DNA from: a virus
Taxonomy: Duplodnaviria > Caudoviricetes
DNA: 54,341 bases
Direction: 5' to 3' (one strand)
IMG/VR virus record: IMGVR_UViG_3300021959_005230
Span: 1 to 54,341 of that record
The stretch's first letter is position 1. Each line of letters opens with the position of its first letter. The translations under genes and the position numbers were made by a program. The notes below the pieces were generated by a model. The model worked only from the letters and a program-made list of their open reading frames with translations. It was not told the DNA's origin and made no database searches. This document shows, piece after piece, positions 19,184-28,198 of this stretch.

Positions 19184-19216
19184 AAAAAAAATCCCCACAT
19201 AAGTGAGGACTTTTTA
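19184..19216 (-). terminator. Intrinsic terminator
   Basis: Minus strand reads UCCUCAC-UUAU-GUGGGGA followed by U8. Confidence 0.75.
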
Positions 19217-19231
19217 TTAAGTTTGTTTAAC

Positions 19232-19492
19232 TTAGAATGAGACGTCTGCAATAACGTGTCCTGCAATGTCGCCATTTGCTAAGTTGTCTGCACCTTCTAC
19301 AATCATATTAACTGCCGCACCACTTACTGCGCCAAGTTTTAATACTGAAAGGTTTAAGTTTTGAACTGTGCTAACTAATGCTGTTAATTGAGTTGCTGAA
19401 ATATTTCCTGCTTGTTGAGTGAAACTCTTAAGAAATACGTCCTTACCAATAAACTCACCAGCCGCCGCCGCTCTTCTATCTGCTTGTGCCAT
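19232..19492 (-). CDS. Small late protein (candidate capsid decoration protein)
   Basis: MAQADRR; same cassette layout as 18872..19120. Confidence 0.6.
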   Translation of the reverse strand: MAQADRRAAAAGEFIGKDVFLKSFTQQAGNISATQLTALVSTVQNLNLSVLKLGAVSGAAVNMIVEGADNLANGDIAGHVIADVSF

Positions 19493-19565
19493 TTTAATTC
19501 TCCTAAATGTTGTTAGCGAATATATCGCCGTTACATTTATTTATCATATTTTAGGGTTTTTGTTT

Positions 19566-20135
19566 TTATACGTTACGATCTTTAGGCGCAAAACTTACGC
19601 CTTTACTGATAGCCTTTCCAACTGTGTCCAAACCTAGTTTGTAACCTGTTTTTACATCAGCAACTTTATCATCACCTGCAACTTTTAATGCATCTAAATA
19701 ATCCCTGGTGCTTTTTCTTAAATGGCCATGAGTATCATCATTCCATCCTCTGCCTCTAGGAATACCTGAACTTCCGTCAGGATCTATGAATGTCTTAGTG
19801 TTTATTTTCATAGAATCTGGCATAGCCGATCTAAATTTAAATAACCTATCTCTATATTCTTGGGAATTTCTATCTGCTGAACCTAGTGCTTTGGCGTCAC
19901 TGCCTGATATACCATATTGTGGATTACCCTCAGCCGCCGCCTGATATGCCGCATCAACACTAGTTTTGCCTAGTAACTGAAACTTTGCTTTAAAATCATT
20001 TGCAAACTTAGGACTAAACTTTTTCAGTGTAGCATACTCTAAGTCAGCTCTAACTTCCTCAGAACTCCTAGCCATTGCGGCTTTAGGACCTGATCCTACT
20101 GCTGGTGCTTCCTTTAAAATATCATTTATTTTCAT
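19566..20135 (-). CDS. Hypothetical protein with MKINDILKE leader
   Basis: Intact ORF with the shared N-terminal motif. Confidence 0.65.
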   Translation of the reverse strand: MKINDILKEAPAVGSGPKAAMARSSEEVRADLEYATLKKFSPKFANDFKAKFQLLGKTSVDAAYQAAAEGNPQYGISGSDAKALGSADRNSQEYRDRLFKFRSAMPDSMKINTKTFIDPDGSSGIPRGRGWNDDTHGHLRKSTRDYLDALKVAGDDKVADVKTGYKLGLDTVGKAISKGVSFAPKDRNV

Positions 20136-20929
20136 TTTTGTTTATTTCTTCCACTAGCCCAATAACCTGCTATTGCACCTAGTCCTGTTCCTGCTTTCTT
20201 ATATTTATCTACATTCTTATTAAATTTTTGTGCAATTTTTTTGCCTGCATATCTACCTGCAACTGCTCCTGCTACTGTTCCGCCAAATCTTTTAACTGGG
20301 TTTGTTTTAGGGCTATCATCTCTTACTCTGTAACTTTTATATTTTAGCATACTGCTTATAGGTGTCATGAGTTCACTACCCCTACCTAAACGTCTAAGCT
20401 CTTGTGCTATCCTGGTAATTATACTTTGTCTTTGTATATACTTTAAATTTTCCCAATCCATTATTAATCTACGCCATTGTTTATACATGGATTTCTTAAT
20501 TTTTAATTGGCTTTCCAATCTAAACATATAAGGACTTGCTACAGTATCTGTAATTCTGTCATTAGCAACTTTAAACATAAATTGCCAATGTGTTGTTTTG
20601 TCAAAATTTAAACTATTTAAATGCCTTTTACTGGTTACTATATTTCTTAGTTTAACATTCTTGCTATCAGGATTAGAAACCAAATATGCTAACAAGTATA
20701 AATCTGTTGCATGGCTTCTAAATAATGTATACTTTCCATACTGAGTACTTTGCTTTGCATAAGACTTAGCATAGTCATGTTGCTTGTCGTCTTTGTACAT
20801 GAGGTATGTAATTAGAGTATTTAAATATAGTAATTCTGCCACAGACTCACCAGTAAGTTGATTAAAACCTGATGTAGTTCTATACAACCTTGCTTCTGAT
20901 ATTTCTTTATCTATTAATTTAAAGTCCAT
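20132..20929 (-). CDS. Hypothetical protein with C-terminal glycine-zipper helices (likely start MDFKLID at 20929)
   Basis: GGTVAGAVAGRYAG and AGTGLGAIAGYWASG; N-terminal ISE-A site. Confidence 0.65.
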   Translation of the reverse strand: MDFKLIDKEISEARLYRTTSGFNQLTGESVAELLYLNTLITYLMYKDDKQHDYAKSYAKQSTQYGKYTLFRSHATDLYLLAYLVSNPDSKNVKLRNIVTSKRHLNSLNFDKTTHWQFMFKVANDRITDTVASPYMFRLESQLKIKKSMYKQWRRLIMDWENLKYIQRQSIITRIAQELRRLGRGSELMTPISSMLKYKSYRVRDDSPKTNPVKRFGGTVAGAVAGRYAGKKIAQKFNKNVDKYKKAGTGLGAIAGYWASGRNKQK

Positions 20930-20930
20930 T

Positions 20931-22190
20931 TTATTTCCCTGGCATTCCTGTACCAAAGTTCAGTCTGCTAAACTCCATTCTATCAACTAATTTTAATGCA
21001 TTATTATTTCTATCAACAGCAACAAATCCTTCCTCGCCAGTTACTTCATAACCTTTTTCTGTTTCTTTAAATGTAGGTATTTGCCTGATTGTTTCTAATT
21101 TTTTTACAATCTGTATTTTTGCTTCTATAAGTTTTAAATATAAATCATATACTAATACAATCTGTTTAACATTTTCTTTAATAAACTTAACACCTTTTAC
21201 CATTAATTCAGTTTTAGCATCTATAGTTTTTTGTGTCTTAACTTTGTCTATTTCTTTTGTCATAAAGTCAATGTACTTTTGTACAAAGCCTTGTGCAAAT
21301 TTTACAGGCTCGTCAAATGCTCCTGCTCTAATATTGTTATTAACATGAGCTTTTAACTGCTGTAAGAAATTCTTTCCTATCAATTCATTACCTTGCTCTA
21401 ACCATTTAAATGTTCCGGAATCTATATTTTTTAAGTAAATATCTGCTTCTGTTATTGCTGTCATTACATTATTACTTTCTTCTTGTGTTAATGTAACTGT
21501 ACCACTAAAATCTTTTATAATTGCATCTCTGTGCCAAACACTACTAGTATTGCCTAATTGACTGCTATCAAATCCAAACCTTGCAGTAGTATCTGCTAAT
21601 GTAGGGCCTCCAACATATTCTGTATGCCATACTATACCCATTTCTGATTTATTAATTTGTTTTGCTAACTCACTATCTGTAGGAGTTGTATAAACTATTG
21701 TGTTTGGTTTAAATAAAAGTACATCTTGACCATCTATAGTTGTTGTTTTTAAATCTTCTTTACTATAAAGCATGTCGCCTTGTGCAACTGTATTCCAAGT
21801 TAATTTTCTTAAATGCCTTAATGCTGTTTTTAATTTAATCTGTAACCCTTCATTAGGATGATTTTCTTCAATGTCTTTATCTGTAAAATTTATTTTAGGT
21901 TTTCTTTGAGCAAACACACCCTTAGTACCTACAAAAAATTTACCAGTTTCTGGATCCTTACCAGCAATAATGGCAGGTGCTCCGTCCCATTTTGTTGTCA
22001 TACTAATTGGGGACTTAGTACTGCCCTCTAGCATTTCGTGTAAACTATACAAATAGTCAACTGCTTCTTTGGCACCTGCATATCCTTTATTAAAGATATT
22101 ATCTTCCAGATGCTCTAAGTGAGTATTCTTACCCTCTGCTTCTAAAATTATTTCTTTTAGAAAACTTTGTGATAATTCTGAGTATTTCAT
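20931..22190 (-). CDS. DUF6267-like protein, ATP-dependent ligase/nucleotidyltransferase-like
   Basis: KNTHLEHLED, TTKWDGAPA (KxDG motif I), QGDML and EGFVAVD...LKLVDR (motif IV/V-like). Confidence 0.7.
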   Translation of the reverse strand: MKYSELSQSFLKEIILEAEGKNTHLEHLEDNIFNKGYAGAKEAVDYLYSLHEMLEGSTKSPISMTTKWDGAPAIIAGKDPETGKFFVGTKGVFAQRKPKINFTDKDIEENHPNEGLQIKLKTALRHLRKLTWNTVAQGDMLYSKEDLKTTTIDGQDVLLFKPNTIVYTTPTDSELAKQINKSEMGIVWHTEYVGGPTLADTTARFGFDSSQLGNTSSVWHRDAIIKDFSGTVTLTQEESNNVMTAITEADIYLKNIDSGTFKWLEQGNELIGKNFLQQLKAHVNNNIRAGAFDEPVKFAQGFVQKYIDFMTKEIDKVKTQKTIDAKTELMVKGVKFIKENVKQIVLVYDLYLKLIEAKIQIVKKLETIRQIPTFKETEKGYEVTGEEGFVAVDRNNNALKLVDRMEFSRLNFGTGMPGK

Positions 22191-22196
22191 TTTTAA

Positions 22197-23063
22197 CTAG
22201 AATCGTTTTCCTGTTTCATTTTGCCAGATTTTAAATGCTTTATTTAAATGTATTTTATTATTGTTTGCTATCTGTAGGATTTCATTCCCTTCATCTTTTG
22301 TTATGCTTCCTTTATTAACTAAGATTTGTAGATTATCATAATCGTCTGCTGGATTATTTTTATTTTGTTTTTCAGGATCTTTATCCACAAACTGAAAGTC
22401 TGCTTGTCCGTATGCAAATGTATTTGGCATTGTCTTTTTGCCTGTTGCTACAAGTTTGCCATTATTATTTTTATACCTCATATGGTCTTTACCAACAGTT
22501 TTACCAAAATTAGGGTTTGCTATCCGTTGAGTTGGGCTTAGTGGAATTTGTTCTCTGTCGTCTACATCACCATTTTGCCATTTTTTAGTTTTTTGATAAT
22601 CGTATGCATCAACCTGGCCAGGTACTGCATCATTTTGGGCTTTACGGTCTCTGTACCCTTTAACTAATCCTTTACCAAAACCTGCACCCATGCTAACAAG
22701 GTTATCCATCCCTCTTCCTAATGCACCAAGACCTATATCTGCTGTTTTATAAGCCAAACCACCTTTATGTGGTTTCCTAGAGTTCATACCGATACCAGTC
22801 ATTCCTAATGCTTTTCCTATTTTAGTACCCATGCCAGTTTTTCCTAATGCAGGCTTGTTTAAAGGATGTTTTAAAAGATCTACAAAAAGTTGGCTATTAG
22901 GTGATACTAATTTACCTGTTGCTTTTTGTGTAAAGGTAGTGGTATCTTTATCCCAAATGTAGTCAACATTATCATGTTTTACACCTTTAACTTTTGCGGG
23001 GTCGTACTGTAACTTTTTAAACTCTTTTAAGTTTTGCTTACTTACTATTTCTTCAATTAGCAT
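22197..23063 (-). CDS. Hypothetical basic/Gly-rich protein with MLIEEIVS...LKE leader
   Basis: Intact ORF with amphipathic Gly-rich segments. Confidence 0.6.
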   Translation of the reverse strand: MLIEEIVSKQNLKEFKKLQYDPAKVKGVKHDNVDYIWDKDTTTFTQKATGKLVSPNSQLFVDLLKHPLNKPALGKTGMGTKIGKALGMTGIGMNSRKPHKGGLAYKTADIGLGALGRGMDNLVSMGAGFGKGLVKGYRDRKAQNDAVPGQVDAYDYQKTKKWQNGDVDDREQIPLSPTQRIANPNFGKTVGKDHMRYKNNNGKLVATGKKTMPNTFAYGQADFQFVDKDPEKQNKNNPADDYDNLQILVNKGSITKDEGNEILQIANNNKIHLNKAFKIWQNETGKRF

Positions 23064-23322
23064 CTTTGTTCTCTCTCTGGGATTCCTTGATTATTTTACC
23101 AATTCCTCTGGAGAACTTTTTTCCATCTCTGCTTTTAATACTATTTACTAATCTGTTTTGCAGATCTTTAGCAGTTGATGAATCATAATTTGCGTCTATT
23201 TGCTCTAGTAAACTTATTGCACTAGCAATAACATGCTCGCCTCTATTAGACACCACATGATCTCTGTCTCTGTCTACAGAAATTTGATTTAGTTCTTCTA
23301 AAATGCTACGAGTTTTACGCAC
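23053..23322 (-). CDS. Hypothetical protein
   Basis: GTG start with GGAGA SD; late promoter at 23350-23357. Confidence 0.6.
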   Translation of the reverse strand: MRKTRSILEELNQISVDRDRDHVVSNRGEHVIASAISLLEQIDANYDSSTAKDLQNRLVNSIKSRDGKKFSRGIGKIIKESQRENKDAN

Positions 23323-23360
23323 AATATCTCCAATAAAAATATATAATGCTATTTATCATT

Positions 23361-24743
23361 TTATTGATCATTTTTCTTAAAGAACTCTCTCATGTTCATT
23401 GCGCCTGATATAACATCCTGTGCTTCTGGTTCATCTGCCTTTATACTGTTGTTTCGTTTTAGTTGATCAACTAAACTACTTGTTGTCATAGTCATTGCAT
23501 CTTCATCGCCTTCTTCTAAATCTTCAATCCTTAATGTATCAGGGTTAAACTTTAAGTCTACTTTTGTGCCAACACCACTACTAGAACGTGTTTTCATAAA
23601 CTGTATCTGATATCTACCCTTTTCTCGCATAGCATTACTTGTAAATATACCCACAACATTATCTGCTGTTTGTATTTTACTAATACCACCTGCAATATGA
23701 TGATGATCGAACTCTATTTCTTCTACTGCCCCTCTGTTTAACTGGGAGGCTGTTACAAATAGTAAGTCTTTCTCCATTGCTAAGTTACGCAACTCCTCAG
23801 ATACATATTTGTCTTTAATAAACAAATCACTACCACTTACTTTAGCACTTATAGGCATCATTAAATCTAAGTAGTCTACTAATAAACAATCTACTTTTTC
23901 ACCACATGATATTTCATATTCTCGTAAAAATACTTTTATATCATTTACATTTACGCCATTAGGCATTTGTTTTACTCTTAATCTACCTGCACCTTTGGCT
24001 TTCATACGAACTTTTAAGTCTACATCTTCCATATTTTTCATAACTTCTTTTGTGCCATAGCCAGATACCATACTGTCTAATCGCATACTAATAAGTTGTT
24101 CACTAAGCTCTAAACTGATATAAACAGTATTTAACCCTGCTAATGCCCAATTAACAGCAAAGTTCTGTAAAAATAAACTTTTACCTGCACCAGAACCACC
24201 AGCAAAAATAGTCATCTCACCTCTGTTCATACCACCATACAGTTTGTGATCTATTCCTTTCCAGCCTGTGCTGATTGCTCCACTTTGATCTTTAATCCAT
24301 TGTAATCTTTCTTTAGGATTTTCAAAGTAATCTAAACCTAAATCTTTTACAAGACCTACTTGTACTGCTTCTTTAATTTTATTTTCCACAGTACCATAGT
24401 CTTGATTCTCTAATAAGTCTGTGCTTTCAATAATTGCTTTTTCTAGTGCTTTATGTCTACAAAATGTTTCAAACTCTTTTAAAAACCATTCATGATGATC
24501 TGCTGTTACATTTGGAATAACTTCTATTTGTACACCACTTGCCGCACTTACTTGCTCTGGCGTAGGAATACTATTAAAGTCTTTAGAATGGCTCTGAAAT
24601 AATTTTACTGCTGTTCTATATTTCATATTAAAATAATCAGCATCAACAATATTTGCACACCTGCTAAACAGATCAGGATCGCTAATTAAAAACTTTAAAA
24701 ATAGTTCTTGTGTTTCTTCGTTATAGTTTGTTAAATCACTCAT
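23361..24743 (-). CDS. Replicative DnaB-family helicase (T4 gp41-like)
   Basis: STGWKGID, GGSGAGKS (Walker A), YISLEL, VDYLDLM, TASQLNR and KTRSS. Confidence 0.93.
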   Translation of the reverse strand: MSDLTNYNEETQELFLKFLISDPDLFSRCANIVDADYFNMKYRTAVKLFQSHSKDFNSIPTPEQVSAASGVQIEVIPNVTADHHEWFLKEFETFCRHKALEKAIIESTDLLENQDYGTVENKIKEAVQVGLVKDLGLDYFENPKERLQWIKDQSGAISTGWKGIDHKLYGGMNRGEMTIFAGGSGAGKSLFLQNFAVNWALAGLNTVYISLELSEQLISMRLDSMVSGYGTKEVMKNMEDVDLKVRMKAKGAGRLRVKQMPNGVNVNDIKVFLREYEISCGEKVDCLLVDYLDLMMPISAKVSGSDLFIKDKYVSEELRNLAMEKDLLFVTASQLNRGAVEEIEFDHHHIAGGISKIQTADNVVGIFTSNAMREKGRYQIQFMKTRSSSGVGTKVDLKFNPDTLRIEDLEEGDEDAMTMTTSSLVDQLKRNNSIKADEPEAQDVISGAMNMREFFKKNDQ

Positions 24744-25377
24744 TTTCTTTTATCTCATTAGTTATATATCTGGCAACTTTAATATGCCCTGCTTCGTTTG
24801 GATGGCTATCACTTGTACTAATTACATTATTACCTGCAATAATACTTATAGGTTTAATAAACTTTGACGGCACTACTATATCTACATTATTATCACATGG
24901 CATACACCTTGAGCTCATACCTGTAAATATATGTGGTATCTCATGCTGTTTAAAAAATGCTATCATTGAATTAAGTAAGTTATATGTTTCTTCCTCAACT
25001 GTTCTAATACTTCTGTGTAATAAAGAATGGTGTATAAAATTTGTAACTTTTTTATTAAGTTCATCTATATCTATGTCACTTCTATTGTATGATTGATCAT
25101 CTAGCACTACATCATTTTTACACATACCAATCCAGGCATCAAATTCTGAGTCAAACCATTCGTCCCTAAACCAATCAGTTAATTGTATTACAAACATTGT
25201 GTCGTGTACTGCATGGGTATTAATATATTCTTTTGTGCGCCTAAGTATTCTTTTATTACTGCTACCAATCCAACTTTCATTTACAACGTCATAACCTTCC
25301 ATAAAATCAGGCCATGCTAACTTATTTTCAAATTTATTGCCATAACTAAAACTACAACCATTTACATATAACTTCAT
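24736..25377 (-). CDS. SGNH hydrolase-like protein
   Basis: LYVNGCSFSYG, GSSNKRI and DSHPNEAGH. Confidence 0.7.
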   Translation of the reverse strand: MKLYVNGCSFSYGNKFENKLAWPDFMEGYDVVNESWIGSSNKRILRRTKEYINTHAVHDTMFVIQLTDWFRDEWFDSEFDAWIGMCKNDVVLDDQSYNRSDIDIDELNKKVTNFIHHSLLHRSIRTVEEETYNLLNSMIAFFKQHEIPHIFTGMSSRCMPCDNNVDIVVPSKFIKPISIIAGNNVISTSDSHPNEAGHIKVARYITNEIKENE

Positions 25378-26351
25378 AACATTTTTGCCCTTACTTCTAT
25401 CTTTAATTTGTTGTTGGTTGCATGTTTTATAATACTGCTTATTGTTGCTAGTCTTCCATACATATTTACAGCATCTGCGGCATCTTTACAATCAACATGC
25501 CAAGGCGGGAAACTTACTTCCCACCCTAGTTCAGCGGCCTGCAACATTAATTCTATTCCTGCTTTATCTCTATCAGGACATACTATTATTCTTTTACCCA
25601 ACTTTTCAATTAAATGTGCCTGCTCAGGGCCTACACTATTACCTTGTATAGCAATACCATCTACAAGTATAGCATCAAATACTCCTTCAGTAACAATAAC
25701 AATCTCTCTCTTACTATCTGCAAATCTATCTATGTTAAACACATATCCAGGTTGCATCTTGTGTAAGTACTTGGGCGTTTGTTTGTCAGGAGGGCTTATA
25801 TGCCTTCCTGTCCAGCCTACAACCTCATTGTTATAAGTGAAAGGGACTACTAATCTCTGCTTATATAACCTGTCATCAAAGTATAGCAGTGGATATAGAC
25901 CAAGTAGTCCTCTTTGCTTTGCATATTCTTTTACAGCATGACCATCTTCTAAGTCATCAACGGCACTTGCTGTATCAGGTATTTGCTCTGTGGTAAATTT
26001 TTGTAAGTTATAAACATAGTCAGTTTCAGTTTCTGTCTCTAACTCTTCTGCATATTTTAATAACTCTATTGTAACTTTATGTATGTCCTGTTGATCTGCG
26101 CCAAGTATTGTTGCTAAGTCTTTATATTTTTTACCTAGTGTTGGATTAGGTTCCCACCCAGTTGTATAGCCACAATTAAAACAATTATAAGATATTTTTG
26201 CACCTGTTGTAATCAGTCCACCACGTTTTCTTTTATCTGAGCACATAGGACAATCCATAGTGTTCCAGCCACTAGGAGTTTTATTAGTTTTTATTGGAAG
26301 ATTATCCAAAAGGAGACGATGCACCTTTTCCACTAAAAAGTCTATATCCAT
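25374..26351 (-). CDS. DNA primase (T4 gp61-like; Zn finger plus TOPRIM)
   Basis: CPMC...CFNC zinc finger; GWTGR; VTEGVFDA and PDRDKAG (TOPRIM). Confidence 0.92.
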   Translation of the reverse strand: MDIDFLVEKVHRLLLDNLPIKTNKTPSGWNTMDCPMCSDKRKRGGLITTGAKISYNCFNCGYTTGWEPNPTLGKKYKDLATILGADQQDIHKVTIELLKYAEELETETETDYVYNLQKFTTEQIPDTASAVDDLEDGHAVKEYAKQRGLLGLYPLLYFDDRLYKQRLVVPFTYNNEVVGWTGRHISPPDKQTPKYLHKMQPGYVFNIDRFADSKREIVIVTEGVFDAILVDGIAIQGNSVGPEQAHLIEKLGKRIIVCPDRDKAGIELMLQAAELGWEVSFPPWHVDCKDAADAVNMYGRLATISSIIKHATNNKLKIEVRAKML

Positions 26352-26357
26352 GCATTA

Positions 26358-26386
26358 ATTATACACGATATAGTTGGAAAAGTCAA
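26358..26386 (-). promoter_or_regulatory. Sigma70-like promoter TTGACT-17-TATAAT, 6 nt upstream of the primase ATG
   Basis: Read directly from the sequence. Confidence 0.75.
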
Positions 26387-27196
26387 TTAGTTTCTTAGTT
26401 GTACTAAAGAAATATTTCCAGCAGTTGGTTCGCTTAATACTCTGATGTAATTTGCATTTACCTGGAAAGTTTTATGATATATTGTTGAGTTTGCTGTTAA
26501 GGAAACATTACTCTCTACATTAAACCAGTCAGTGCTATTATTAGCAGTATCAGGTGTATTTTCTACACAACTTGCTTGTATCGAAAAGTTTCCTGTATAG
26601 GCATTTGGATGTACTGCTATGCTATGTAAACAGGATGTAAAGTTTCTTGCTTGATTACCTTTTAATGCTGATGTAACAAATACATTTCCTTCATCGCCGT
26701 TATTAGTATTTGTAACTTGTATAAATGTACTTACATTTGCTGTTTGAGTATCTACTGGTGTTTGTTTAGTTTGATCTAATATTTGTATATCAAATTTAAT
26801 GTTATTATTTTGATCTGCAAATACAGGAAGCTCTTGCCCTTCTGCTGTTTCTCTACTAATAAAAATCTGATATAAACCTTCTGATAGTGTAGTTAAATCA
26901 CCTTCAGCCATAGCAAGTTTTACTTGTCCTACACTTCCTGTATGTTCTAAAACTCTAGTAAAAATTCTTTTACCTGTTAAAGGATGTATCAATGTACCTC
27001 TAAGTACATCATTGCCTACATTTTGTAGTTTCCTGTCTTTATTTCGTATATTAAAGATTATCTCATTAGATAATCCTTTATGTGCTGTTAGTTTTTTATT
27101 ATTCATAGGTCTGTTATCCACATAGAAACCGTCCGAGCCAATCACTAGATCGATTACCTCGTCGTATAAAAATAATTTGTGATCTCCGTAACTCAT
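26387..27196 (-). CDS. Probable virion structural protein (Ig/BppU-like beta domains)
   Basis: Beta-rich composition, late promoter at 27221-27228; fold is inference. Confidence 0.5.
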   Translation of the reverse strand: MSYGDHKLFLYDEVIDLVIGSDGFYVDNRPMNNKKLTAHKGLSNEIIFNIRNKDRKLQNVGNDVLRGTLIHPLTGKRIFTRVLEHTGSVGQVKLAMAEGDLTTLSEGLYQIFISRETAEGQELPVFADQNNNIKFDIQILDQTKQTPVDTQTANVSTFIQVTNTNNGDEGNVFVTSALKGNQARNFTSCLHSIAVHPNAYTGNFSIQASCVENTPDTANNSTDWFNVESNVSLTANSTIYHKTFQVNANYIRVLSEPTAGNISLVQLRN

Positions 27197-27250
27197 AAGT
27201 TTTAACTCTTTATATTGTAGTATTTATCTTAATGGAACATAAATAACATT

Positions 27251-27631
27251 GTGGAGAAAGATAAACTAATAGAACAAGCAGAAGAGCGTTACCCATTCCT
27301 TACAGGCATTACTTATGCAGGCAATGAATATGTAGGTATTGTTGTGAATCATGACAATGCAATATGTACTTTTTATGATATAAGTAAGATGCCTTCATTA
27401 GAAATTAAAAAGAGATTTTTAGACTTTGGTGACATGTGGTGGTGGGAAAGTAACAGACAACTACCTATAGATATTTTTCTTAATCACGAAATGAAGGAAT
27501 TCATTCCTTTCCTATCTACATTTGTAATGAAAGATGTAGAAGTTTTATTTGGACCAATGACCTCGTTACAGAATTTAATTACAAAAAGAATTAAAAGACG
27601 CGGTGTTCAACTAGTTCGTAAAACAGACTAA
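27251..27631 (+). CDS. Hypothetical protein on the opposite strand
   Basis: Fills the gap without overlap; YPFL...WWWESNRQLPI; TAAATA 5 nt before GTG. Confidence 0.75.
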   Translation: MEKDKLIEQAEERYPFLTGITYAGNEYVGIVVNHDNAICTFYDISKMPSLEIKKRFLDFGDMWWWESNRQLPIDIFLNHEMKEFIPFLSTFVMKDVEVLFGPMTSLQNLITKRIKRRGVQLVRKTD

Positions 27632-28198
27632 CTACTCACAAATATTATTAAGTTGCACTATAATTGCTAATGCATACCCATAACTGTGGCTCTTTTTAAA
27701 GAAATAACTGTTATCATTAGGTTTGACCCAAACATCAGCCTCTATCTCTTCCCAAGTTTTACCTACTAAGTGCCTTTTACCTGGTCTTATTATTGCAAGT
27801 ATCATTGCCAATTGTTCCAGGCTTGTGGGTAAATGTTGATTTACAATATCATAGTGGTTACTGATATGAAATAATTTCTCAACAACTTCTTTATGTTCAA
27901 ACAATTCCCACATAGGTTCTGTTGCTACAAGTTTATCAAGATGTGTCTCATCAACTATGCCTTCATATATATGGTTGTTTAAAAAGTCTACTTTAAACCA
28001 ACCATCTTGTTCTGCTTGTTTATGTTCTATTGTACTATATCCTTGTAAAGGAAACTTAGGAACATTTTGAAAGTAGACACCAGTATTGTGTTTTGTAAAG
28101 TTACCATCCTTTTCAATACTTGCAGGTGTATGCCTAACTAACTTTAAAAAGTCAGTTCTGTCTGCCATATCGATATCTACATCAAAATCAAACTTCAT
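27632..28198 (-). CDS. Minimal DNA polymerase III alpha (DnaE, C-family) catalytic-core-like protein
   Basis: DFDVDID, HNTGVY, KVDFLN, LAIIRPG and YFFKKSHSYGYA correspond to DnaE PDxDxD, HAAG, KxDxL, ALxRPG and YxFNKSHxxxY. Confidence 0.8.
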   Translation of the reverse strand: MKFDFDVDIDMADRTDFLKLVRHTPASIEKDGNFTKHNTGVYFQNVPKFPLQGYSTIEHKQAEQDGWFKVDFLNNHIYEGIVDETHLDKLVATEPMWELFEHKEVVEKLFHISNHYDIVNQHLPTSLEQLAMILAIIRPGKRHLVGKTWEEIEADVWVKPNDNSYFFKKSHSYGYALAIIVQLNNICE

